From Tubiluchus corallicola (lineage: Eukaryota > Animalia > Priapulida), in contig JAQGDQ010000213.1 in the NCBI GenBank assembly GCA_030141605.1, forward strand, positions 310,001 through 374,000: a DNA stretch of 64,000 bases, read 5' to 3'. Below are positions 1 through 10,005 of this stretch, one piece after another. The stretch's first letter is position 1. Each line of letters starts with the position of its first letter. Below the pieces are notes generated by a model that saw only the letters and a list, made by a program, of their open reading frames with translations, ran no database searches and was not told the origin of the DNA. Both the position numbers and the translations under genes were made by a program.

Positions 1-2852
1 ATAGGGCTTAATAAATTAGGTTACTTTTGAACCCAAACAAGTAATATTATTTCCACTGTCAACTATGCATACAAAATCCAGTTTCGCAAAATATTTCCTA
101 TAAAAAATTATTATCACTTGGAATCACTATTTCTCGTTTACATACAGAGCATTGTTATTTTAAAACATTAGAAAAATAATCTTTCACTGTACTGGCACAT
201 CAATACTACACTGTATAAATACTGTATATTTAGAAAAACTATAATGTCCATGCATATGAAAAATATAAAAAACACTTGATAAAAACTACCATTTAAATAC
301 ATGCATAATCAAAGGAATGTTTGATAATGAAAGATTTTATGAAGTCACAAAGTAAAACAGAAGCCATTTAGCTCTTATTTTTGCTATTACAGTACTAAAT
401 ACTGTTGTTAACACACTAATTTTAATTAAAGTCAAAAAATCCATAATTATTTATAAATGATTGAATGAGCTCAGGTACTAGATTTTGAAACTAAGCTTGT
501 CCAATATGGAAGAACATGTGGACTGATTCTGAATTTGAACCAGCAGTCTTAAGATTACAGTGCCAATAACTATGCCAATTACTCAACCCCAGTGATTATA
601 GGAGATTTAATTTGAACCAGGCTCACCCAGATTTTGGCACATTTCCGTCATTTTTGACAAGTTTGGCTTCAAAATTCAATGCAGTGGGCAAAGAGCATTG
701 ATTCAACATCACAATAATGCTGTTGCCATTAACAAACATTAATAGACAATATTTTATGTTTATTCCAGACGATTTTAGTTAATTCTCAGAAAGCGTCAAA
801 TTTAACAAAAACAAAAGTAATTGGGCAGCGTACAATGATTATTAAACCTGAATAAGGCTACAAAAACTCCCGAGTCTGACGTCAATAGTAGTGCAAAACT
901 TTGCCGAAAATGACGGCTAATTAACAAAAGCCTTATAGACAGCGATTGTTAACAATAACATACATGTAAATAGGGAGTGGAGGTTTACGCTTTATTAACC
1001 ATGATAGACATTCCGAAGCCTCCGGGCGCATCCACCCAATAATGCACTCCAACCGCGATGGGTATACCATAAACCTCATTCATATAAGTCAGTCTGAGTT
1101 TCCCAAAGTGATAACTTGTCAGCCTTGACACAACAGTTAACAAAGCGCAATATTGTCATTAAATGAGGTAATTCAGTTTGCAAAATACAGTCATTTCGAT
1201 GTCAGACGTCCAATTCACAAACCGGCTTTAAAAACATTAGTTATCAACTTACAAACAAACTACAAGATTGATAAAAGTGGTACCTAAACTAGGCCTGAAT
1301 ACTAATAGAATTCAAATAAATAAGTTTCGTGTGCAACTGTATTTCTACAATTACTTCTAGCTTTTCATATAATAAACGATATTATTTTCGCAATAAATCT
1401 AACAATGTCGTTGCCTATATACATGTACGCTATTCAAACATGTATGTCATGGACCAAGGCGCCCATCAGGTTGATAGGAAGTGCACACCCGCCCATATTT
1501 AACAAACAAACATCTGTAGAACTCTGCTGTGTGTAGTGTGCATTATGACATGCAATAAACACTACACTTGGGTGTGAAGACACTCAACCAGCACGATAAG
1601 TTTAAGTACATGCAAGTATAAGCAGAGTTTAAGGAACTATATGAAAGTCTACCAGTCCAAAAGCAGCAATGTTGACAGCTCTTCGAAAGTTGCTCTAGAC
1701 CACATGTCATAAAAACATAATTAACTGATTCATAATAAATCAGGATGCTCTCTCCATCTGTGCACTAGACACCAATAAATTATTTATCATCATAAGACAA
1801 GAGGCATTCAAGTAGCAGCCTCAAAATAATATTCCAATCTAGCTGCACTCAGAAATTTAAAATGCATGAACCACTTTACTAACAGCCCCTGATTGGAGCA
1901 AATAATCATTATCCATAAAAAAACTTAAATGAAAAAAATTAAAGTAGCTACATTTCAAAGAGCACCTAAAACTAAATGTTTTACATAAGCCTGTAGATCT
2001 AGAAATTAGATACAAATCTACATAATTATTGCAATAACTGTTACTGAAAGTTACATAGGCTAAACTCCTATGGTCGGTGCTTTGGGTTTTTTCCCCAAGA
2101 TCTCCTTAAGCACGTTGCGCAATGCTAATAACATGCCTAACGCCATGTTACAAAAATTTAGCAGTTACATCAATACACTATTAAATAACATTAATTAATA
2201 GATAATGTTGAAACAGTTTCACATGTAATAAAGGGGCACTTTTTATTTTTTTACTAAACTCTCTGTTACTTACAATAAATAATTAAGGCAAATAGAGTAG
2301 TCTATATAATGTACCAATAAATGTCCTAAACACAACTGATCTATATACTAGTTTAACAAGCTTAAATTTGGAAAGTGTCAAAATATGTTGTAATTGTAAA
2401 GAATTAACAAGACATAATTATTTACTCATGCAGTGGTAATCACAACAATGTCAAAAGAGAACTGAATAGCCGAGGGATCACGGCATGTTCTTTGTGACCG
2501 GAATTAAGTGAGTGAATGGTTCATGCCCATCTAAACTTAATACTCGGTTTGGGCCTTTCTGACAATTTACCGCTCTTGAGAGGATGTATACTATCAGAAC
2601 ATGGCTCAAACACTTCAGCATATTCAGTGTTTCATCTTGGTGCACATACAGTGCCAGATTTGTCCCGCCACAAACGACACTGTTAAACAGGCTTTGTTGC
2701 TGAATGCTAGTTTCCGGCTTGCAGTGTGCCAAATTGAATTGAAAAATTAAACAAATAAAACCATGACTATTTCTCTAAACTATAGCTAGCCTTTGTGTCA
2801 CACAATGTATGCTGAATTAACAATATAACACTTCATAACCCGTTTTATATTT

Positions 2853-5800
2853 CTAGATCCACAAATCCACAGGAACCAAACCTTCTTTTGATGTAGGTGG
2901 TGGTCGCAGTTCAGAATCAGCCAGAAACATGGTGGGAAGTAAGATGAGATAACCCTTGATGTTTTTCACTATTTCTCTGGCTTCATCAGGGTTTGTCTCT
3001 GCTAAAGATGTCTCCTTTTTATATTCTTCAAGTTGCTCATATGTACGAACATTATCTGTTGGATAACAGTGGAATGCTTTTTCAAAAGATTCAGTGTTAA
3101 CAGATGCAGTCTTCAACCAAACTGACTTATAGAATTCATCGGTGCATGGATCAGATACTAGGTCATCTCCATTCTCTGCATCAATAAGGCCAAGCAATTC
3201 CCGAAAAACAAGCTTGCGGTGTGGGCCTACCAGCTTACCACACTGGGCTTCCTTGCCATCCATCAAACAAGGAGTAAATTCTGAGTCCTCAAATATGCAA
3301 GCCACCTCACTGTCACGATCACCAATCATGCTGCGATCATTGATATTTGCTGACCCAATAATACAAATGCGGTCATCAACAATTAGCATCTTGCTATGAA
3401 CGTAAATTAACTCTGTTATTGGAGTGCCATTTATCACGGAATGAGTACGCAGGCCATGGAAAGTAATATACTTATGTGCAGGTACACCATCTCTTGTCAA
3501 CCTTTCTATTAAAGAATTACCTCCACGACAGATGGATGTGTACTGCCAATGACAAATTGCCTGAATGGCATAGCCAGATGGTGCTCCAACTTCGCCTTCG
3601 AAACCAGGTAAGACTGGCATGACAACATACACACGGAAGTTTTCCCCTGCAGCATGGGCTTGCTTTATCCGTTCGTAAAGCGCTAAAGCAATGCCATTCT
3701 TTACGAATTCTTGGTCGATGTGAGTTACAAAGAATTGGTTTTCGATGTAGATGAAATGTTTTGATTCCCGGATGGCAGACAAATAGGCTTGGTGGATAGA
3801 ATCTTCTGTTCGTTCAACTCCAATAGACCAAGTACTTACGCTGCGTAGCATTTGTGCAGTACATTTGATAGAGGTCTCCTTGAAGTGTCTTGGCACAGTA
3901 ACGTGGTCATAGGATTTTGGTAGCAGGAGAGGATAGTGGGACTCGAACTTTGCCTTTTCTATTTTGCATTGATTCCAACGCTGAATAAAATGTCGTGCCA
4001 AATCACGTGCAGGTTTTCCATACACACAAGCGCCAATGTCGTGCCAAGGCATGCGAGGACATTGATGACGATCGATCAAGTCTGTGAAAGGAGCATCTAA
4101 ATCTGCAAAATCTTTAAACATAAAGTTAGAGTAGTCCTTGCCAATCCACAGTTTCTGTCCTTGAGGTTCCACATCAAAGGCTCCGGGTACTTTTGGTGGG
4201 CCATGCTCCTCAAACACAGGAAATCTACCAGCTTCCAATGATCGCCGTCTTTTCAACTCTGTGACTGGTTTAAGTCTAGATGACAGTCGTCGATAGGCAG
4301 CCTTGGGATTATACTTGTTATGACGTTTTATTGCACTAGTGTCAGTAGCATCTTCAATGGTCGACAGATTACGAACTGGTACAGCCGTGCTTCCCTGTGC
4401 TTCATTATCCTCATCCGTTATAGGTGATTCAGGTTTGCCAGAATCTGGAGACTGAGCATGCTCATGTTGCTGCTCCTGACCATTACCAAGCCCAGCAAGA
4501 TTTACTAACAAATTTGTAAGCCCTGATCCCTGAAGACCAACCTTAATGCTGTCAGGACCTGGCATAAATGGACCTCCTTGTCCAAGATCTGTCAGCCGAT
4601 GCTGGTGTGTATCCCAGCGAGCGTAACATATATCTAGCCCGCCAAAGAAAGCTATACGTTGATCTATAACTACCATCTTTTCATGATGAGCCCACAAAAA
4701 TGTACCACCAGGAACGTGATCAGGATGTCTCATCACAACGATATTTTCCGGATGTTTCTGGGTAAGACAAATCTTACTGTAGGCTGAATTAATACCAAGT
4801 GCCATTTCAACTTCCTTATACAGCAAAAGAAATATCTTTACTCCCTCATCCGCCTTTCTTTTCAACATCAAATCGAAACGATACTTGTCACCTAAAGCTG
4901 GACGTTTTAAATACAACTCAGGGCTCAACCACCAATCTGTAATGAATATTTCTTCTTTTGCTATTTCAATGCCTTCTGCAACAGCATCAAAGTAGCCCGC
5001 CCCATCCACAAAACACCGACAGTATGATTCTGGACGAGCAGGAGCATATGAGTCAAACCGAATGGGTTCAATAAACTCTTTTCCTGTTGTTTCCATGGCT
5101 TGTTTGATCTCCTTTTCCCATTCTAGTGCTCTTCGGTGTGTCCAGGCAGTCAGTAGCAACTCTCTGGAATTGTTTGTGATCAGTACACCATGACGAACAG
5201 TAGTCATACTATGTCCAGCTTGTACTTTGAAACCAGAGTCCATTAACAGCAAATGAGAAACAACACCATCTTCTGGTCTAACATATGTAACATATGTGTC
5301 CTTTACCACAAACCATCTCTTTTTCCATGGACCAGGTAAAGTAATAAAGCTAAAGCAACCACCTTTGTGGCCACCTCTTCGCTTTTTCATCATACCCTCT
5401 TTCATTTTGGAGCCAAGATTGTCCACAAAAGAAAGCTGACTGACTTCGAAGAAATCTAGTGTCTCTGGATGGTTACGGTATATTTGAAAACGAACTAAAC
5501 TCTGTAAATAATCCTCCAACTGCCGTTTTCGTTCCTCCATTTTGTTAGGCGATACAAGCCCATCAGGTTGTCTTGGAAATTTCGGAAGCTGCTTCTTCAA
5601 ACCTTTTGCCTGGCTTCTCTTTGCTGCTGTGGCAGGAATGTGTAGTTGAGTTCGGTACATTAACAAACTATTATGTAAACTCCCAAAATGCTTGTGCCGT
5701 CGTCGAACTTGCCAACTGTAACCTCCATGCTCAATTTCTATTACATATACATTGGGATTGGCTATATCTTTTGTTGGCTGACGCACTGCTTCTATAATCT

Positions 5801-6005
5801 TAATGTTAATTGGCTTTCCAGGAATCCATACTTTGCGTTTCTGGGACTTAAATGGTTCAGGAGGACTATGAATGCGTGAATAAGGTATGTGATTAAGCTC
5901 TTCCTCAGGGACACCTCTATCTACAAAGTCAGGATCAATATCTTCTGTACTTCCAAGAACTTCAAACTCTGACTCAGAATCTTCAATAATCATCTGATCT
6001 GACAT
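2853..6005 (-). CDS. PLD1: Phospholipase D1/2-type enzyme, ~1050 aa, single coding exon
   Basis: Uninterrupted ORF with a PX domain (YVIEIEHGGYSWQVRRRHKHF...RKRQLEDYLQ), a PH domain (WKKRWFVVKDTY), two HKD motifs (HHEKMVVID, HSKMLIVD..GSANINDRS), RMPWHD, IYIENQFF and a conserved C-terminus VPVDLWI. First in-frame ATG is at 6005; the track's 6026 start is a GTG. The PLD1 vs PLD2 label rests only on the long loop after HKD1. Confidence 0.95.
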   Translation of the reverse strand: MSDQMIIEDSESEFEVLGSTEDIDPDFVDRGVPEEELNHIPYSRIHSPPEPFKSQKRKVWIPGKPINIKIIEAVRQPTKDIANPNVYVIEIEHGGYSWQVRRRHKHFGSLHNSLLMYRTQLHIPATAAKRSQAKGLKKQLPKFPRQPDGLVSPNKMEERKRQLEDYLQSLVRFQIYRNHPETLDFFEVSQLSFVDNLGSKMKEGMMKKRRGGHKGGCFSFITLPGPWKKRWFVVKDTYVTYVRPEDGVVSHLLLMDSGFKVQAGHSMTTVRHGVLITNNSRELLLTAWTHRRALEWEKEIKQAMETTGKEFIEPIRFDSYAPARPESYCRCFVDGAGYFDAVAEGIEIAKEEIFITDWWLSPELYLKRPALGDKYRFDLMLKRKADEGVKIFLLLYKEVEMALGINSAYSKICLTQKHPENIVVMRHPDHVPGGTFLWAHHEKMVVIDQRIAFFGGLDICYARWDTHQHRLTDLGQGGPFMPGPDSIKVGLQGSGLTNLLVNLAGLGNGQEQQHEHAQSPDSGKPESPITDEDNEAQGSTAVPVRNLSTIEDATDTSAIKRHNKYNPKAAYRRLSSRLKPVTELKRRRSLEAGRFPVFEEHGPPKVPGAFDVEPQGQKLWIGKDYSNFMFKDFADLDAPFTDLIDRHQCPRMPWHDIGACVYGKPARDLARHFIQRWNQCKIEKAKFESHYPLLLPKSYDHVTVPRHFKETSIKCTAQMLRSVSTWSIGVERTEDSIHQAYLSAIRESKHFIYIENQFFVTHIDQEFVKNGIALALYERIKQAHAAGENFRVYVVMPVLPGFEGEVGAPSGYAIQAICHWQYTSICRGGNSLIERLTRDGVPAHKYITFHGLRTHSVINGTPITELIYVHSKMLIVDDRICIIGSANINDRSMIGDRDSEVACIFEDSEFTPCLMDGKEAQCGKLVGPHRKLVFRELLGLIDAENGDDLVSDPCTDEFYKSVWLKTASVNTESFEKAFHCYPTDNVRTYEQLEEYKKETSLAETNPDEAREIVKNIKGYLILLPTMFLADSELRPPPTSKEGLVPVDLWI

Positions 6006-6039
6006 GATGCCTGTAGTACTGTACACACTAGGTTACAAA

Positions 6040-6590
6040 CTGAAAGAAGACAAAAAATGAAGGTGCTTTTACTTTTACCTTGCATTAAAAAAGTCATAAG
6101 TTATGTAAAACTACTCGGCTAGTAAATACTATAGGAACACAACAGGATACAGATGAAGATCGAAGCACAAGAACAGATGCAGGACTCATGCTTAACATGT
6201 TAGCATTTGCAAAGTCTTACAAATGAACTGTAGTGTAGGCCTACAGAATTGTACTTAACCTTATTATACGTATATATGCACTGCTGTAACTCCATTTGCA
6301 ATCACAAACAGTATTCTGTGTACAGATTTTAAGCCCATAATAAATAGGCGAACGTTTCTGCATATATGAAATTATAATCAATAGACATAATATTAGTCAA
6401 TGAACAAGTTTGCACATTTAATATTTTGTGCTAATTTGTACACAAATAGTTTTAATTTTTCGCAATCAAATTTTGCCTACTGATTTTATAAAAAGTAAAT
6501 GTGTGGTTATGCGGCTTACTTATGCCCTACATTTCTAATATTCTAATATTTCTAAGGCAACCGGCTAGCTTACCGTCCCACCCTGCTTAC
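6040..6590 (-). other. Predicted 5'UTR intron of PLD (551 nt)
   Basis: Minus strand: consensus donor CAG|GTAAGC at 6591/6590 and a polypyrimidine acceptor tttttgtcttctttcAG| at 6040, 34 nt upstream of the ATG. A second donor, ACG|GTAAGC, lies at 6574/6573. Confidence 0.65.
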
Positions 6591-6599
6591 CTGAGTACG

Positions 6600-7950
6600 C
6601 CGACCTCGGCGGATAATTCTGTAAAGCGGCACTTCTAAAACTGGTTCTCTGACTAACTCGTCAAAATAATTTCATACATCATTAGTACACAACATGAATC
6701 TCATCGAAGACACGAATTTACTATGAACATGAAAAAATTCAGGTTAAGAAAAAAGTCTGACGCAATATACTCGTAGTAACACTCAAACAGGTCAAGCGCA
6801 CGCCGCACAGAACGACAGGATGTTAAACAGGTTTGTGACTAGTGATTGTTAATCTGCACCAGGCACATGGAAACGATAAAAGCCATTCGCCTTTTCATCG
6901 TATTACGTAGTGAAACCAGGGGTCGCGTCTATCACGCGTTTCATTTTTTTCAGTTTTTAATTAAAATATATGTTCAATGTGTGTAACCCAATGGTAGCAG
7001 CCTTCGTGACTGATTCTAAGAAAAAAACGAAAGAGTTGTTGGCAAAGAGAAAAGTCAAAAGAATTTGTAGAATGTCAAAAGCACGCAGGCGTGCAGCACA
7101 GATCATTTTTTTTACGTATAATGATCAAGGCGCGTGCAGTTACACAAGCTAAGCACCTAGGCAGCGTTGCAGGCCTACAAAACAGCGACAAAACAACAAC
7201 ATTACAACAATATCAGAGAAATGTTATTTTTTTAAATAATGGTGCATCCGCGGTATAGACTTGCTATTTTTAATTCCACTTCAAAACGGCTCTGTCTGTG
7301 GTCTGTCGCTATACAAACGCTCACATTTCAAAATTAATAATGCACACACGTCATGACAAGTTAAATTGCCGTCTTGATAATCAATATTAATTCAAATATT
7401 AATCGAAAAATTACTGTTTTCGAAGAGTTAGTATATGGAAGCCGATTTGCCTTTATTGGTTGTCACTTTGTCATGGGAATTTGGTCGTTAATTGATGTTA
7501 TGGTGTACCTTTGTAGCGCAACATGGCTGCACAATTTGTTACAAACTATAGTTTACAATCTGAACGCTTTTTAATCAATGTGTAACTGTGTAAGTCGACT
7601 TCTTTCGGTCTTTATATATGTATTTGCAATTTCGATTAAGTAATAATTTACAACGCTAATTCAAAAGTGGTGTTCTTTGCCATCTAAACAATATACTTGA
7701 CTCACACTGGTCATTTGAAAACGAACTAAACTCTGTAAATAATCCTCCAACCGCCCTATTTAATTTAATACCACTTTCTTCGTTACTTTCATTCTGAATG
7801 CCGTGGAAATCTGTAGAACTAGTTATGCAAAATGTTGCGCGAAAGTGACACTCGACAGCCATGATGGGCAACATAAAGAAGTCTACGCTATTTCAGCTTA
7901 TAGAGGGCTCGTAGTCGTTTTGTAGTAATTTACTTCCTGATCTGTGTACA
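6600..7950. promoter_or_regulatory. Putative shared (divergent) promoter region of PLD and the cyclase gene
   Basis: Lies between the predicted non-coding first exons of two head-to-head genes; locally CpG-richer (acgcgt, gcacgcaggcgtgc, ccgcgg). TSSs not determinable. Confidence 0.4.
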
Positions 7951-7984
7951 GTGTACTTTGTCACTAAATTACCTGCTACATGTG

Positions 7985-8762
7985 GTGAGTAAAAATATCT
8001 TTGATTCACGTAATTGTGTTTTAATTTAAAAATTGAGGAGCAATGTTGTGTATTCATTAGTTAAAATAAAAAAGGTTTATTAAACACAACAAGATTTATT
8101 AATTAATTATTATTAATATTTCGGGAAACCACTGCGTGCTCCCTGCATCAGATTACATTGCTAGCCAATCTAGCAATTCACAAGTTTGCTAATAAATTTC
8201 TTTAACCTACACGTCATAATATAACGTATAAACAGTTTATTTAACCTATAGGTATAATTATAATAATGTTATAACTAACACCAAATATATACGGATAGTG
8301 GATATATTATACATGTAATATATATTATGTATTAGTAATATTTACATAACTGCAGAACAACCCTTAGTTGGACAACAGTTATTTTTCCTTCGAAACTTAA
8401 AACTTGGCCATTTTATTGATTACGTATTTTTATTGATTATTCCAAATAATTAGGCGCCTTTAGCAAACTACCAACAGTATAATGTGTGCCTATATGAGCA
8501 GTTATACATAATTGATTTTAGTTAATCATAATAGAAATAATTGTAACTGAGGTTTATTTGCAAGTGAGACTGACAGTCTGGTACACGTATAATACAAACT
8601 TTGAGGTTTAAGCACGTGACTGCGAGTGGAACTTTTCTGCAGTTCATTTATTAGAAACATTTGTAAAGCTCTAGTTAGCCACTTTGAAAAATGCCCCCTC
8701 CCCTCCACAAAAAAACAAAAATTTTCTGGAGCGGGATGAAATAATCGCTTCGTAATTTGCAG
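7985..8762 (+). other. Predicted 5'UTR intron of the cyclase gene
   Basis: Donor GTG|GTGAGT at 7984/7985; acceptor taatttgcAG| at 8762, 71 nt upstream of ATG 8834. Confidence 0.5.
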
Positions 8763-8833
8763 ATGTGATTTTGATTGTGAAGATGAAATTCTGAAAGTAT
8801 ACATTGGATTCAACATGCACTGATTCATTTGCA

Positions 8834-9652
8834 ATGAGGACAACGAACGCATGCTTTATCTTTGCTGTTTTAGTAAACTCGTGCGTTTCTGAAATGTCCA
8901 TTGTTGATCTTAGTCATGATTACACCCATGAGGGCATGGTCTACTATCCCACACGTGACGTCATTAGACCATTCACAATGACAAAAGCACTAAGAGGTAG
9001 AAACAAAAAAGGCGTGTATTGGGAAGTGAACAACTTCTGTACAGGAGAACATACAGGGACACATATGGATGCACCAAGGCACTCAATACCCGGAGGAAGA
9101 AGTATCGACCAACTGAGACTAGAAGAATTAATTGGCGAAGCAGTTAATTTGGACATCAGTGGTAAAACAATGAAAAATGCAGATTACCAGTGCACTGTAA
9201 AGGATATTAAGGACTGGGAGAAGCGATATGGTGAAATACCACGAGGTAGTTTCTTCTTTTTGAGTACTGGTTGGCACAAATACTGGCCAGACAAGATTAA
9301 ATATATAGGTAGTAATGCTACTCAAACAAACCGTGATCTCCATTTTCCCGGAATTCACCCAAAAGCCGCCAAATGGCTGATCGAGCAGCGAAAGATCAAA
9401 ATGTACGGAGTGGACTGCATTTCTGTAGACTATGGACAGACATCTATGCACGATGTTCACCGAATACTACTTTCGGCAGATATCCCAGTCTTAGAAAATG
9501 TTGCCAATCTTAATAAGTTACCCCCAACAGGCGGAAAAGTTCACGCTATTCCAATGAGAATAAAAGAAGGAAGTGGTGCACCAGCGAGAGTTTACGCACT
9601 CTTAGATGACGCATTCAAAGAATGCAATCTGCTCAAAGACACATGCAGTTAA
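8834..9652 (+). CDS. Cyclase-family (kynurenine formamidase KynB / isatin hydrolase-like) metallohydrolase with signal peptide, 272 aa, single coding exon
   Basis: Signature HxGTHxDxPxH (EHTGTHMDAPRH), IVDLSH, FPG, GVDCISVD, H..LL, LENVANL and GSGAPARVYA. Hydrophobic N-terminus MRTTNACFIFAVLVNSCVS. First in-frame ATG is at 8834. Confidence 0.92.
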   Translation: MRTTNACFIFAVLVNSCVSEMSIVDLSHDYTHEGMVYYPTRDVIRPFTMTKALRGRNKKGVYWEVNNFCTGEHTGTHMDAPRHSIPGGRSIDQLRLEELIGEAVNLDISGKTMKNADYQCTVKDIKDWEKRYGEIPRGSFFFLSTGWHKYWPDKIKYIGSNATQTNRDLHFPGIHPKAAKWLIEQRKIKMYGVDCISVDYGQTSMHDVHRILLSADIPVLENVANLNKLPPTGGKVHAIPMRIKEGSGAPARVYALLDDAFKECNLLKDTCS

Positions 9653-9968
9653 GCAAAGAAAATGCGATATTGCGGTTTTATAATAACCACTGTTTGTTAA
9701 ATTGACATAGTTGCTTCATGTTTATCGCAGTACTAGTTAGCAAAAGATAATTACTTGCCAGCAAGGTTTATTTGTCTCAATAGTGTTACCACTATTATTC
9801 AATGTAGTAAAGCCGTTATCAAACTCGGTTTTTAATGCTGAAAATACAAATGCTATTTTTTGTTTTAGATGCAGCACTAGTGACAATTGAGTTAGCCTGT
9901 TACCTTTTTACTGACTACTCTTTATGATCTACATTACCTGTAGAAATTCTGAAATAGTTATCATAGCA

Positions 9969-10005
<37 letters not shown>

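Noticed and set aside
525-600. tRNA genes (also 30705-30790 and 42893-42935)
   Set aside because: Only decayed A/B-box-like remnants with no cloverleaf; more likely old SINE heads.
648-916. Inverted repeat ccgtcatttttgacaagtttgg / caaaactttgccgaaaatgacgg
   Set aside because: Short and imperfect with no definable termini or TSD; probably a MITE relic, too weak to annotate.
3142-5879. Antisense ORFs overlapping PLD, the cyclase and the LINE
   Set aside because: Short shadow ORFs on the opposite strand of real coding sequence, with no independent features.
6006-6026. ORF-track starts at GTG 6026 (PLD) and TTG 8804 (cyclase)
   Set aside because: Bacterial-style start codons; in-frame ATGs at 6005 and 8834 follow shortly after splice acceptors.
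8834-9652. Recent bacterial HGT or contamination as the origin of the cyclase
   Set aside because: Composition is host-like, it has a signal peptide and a predicted spliceosomal 5'UTR intron, and the family is known in animals. Only a phylogeny could revive the idea.
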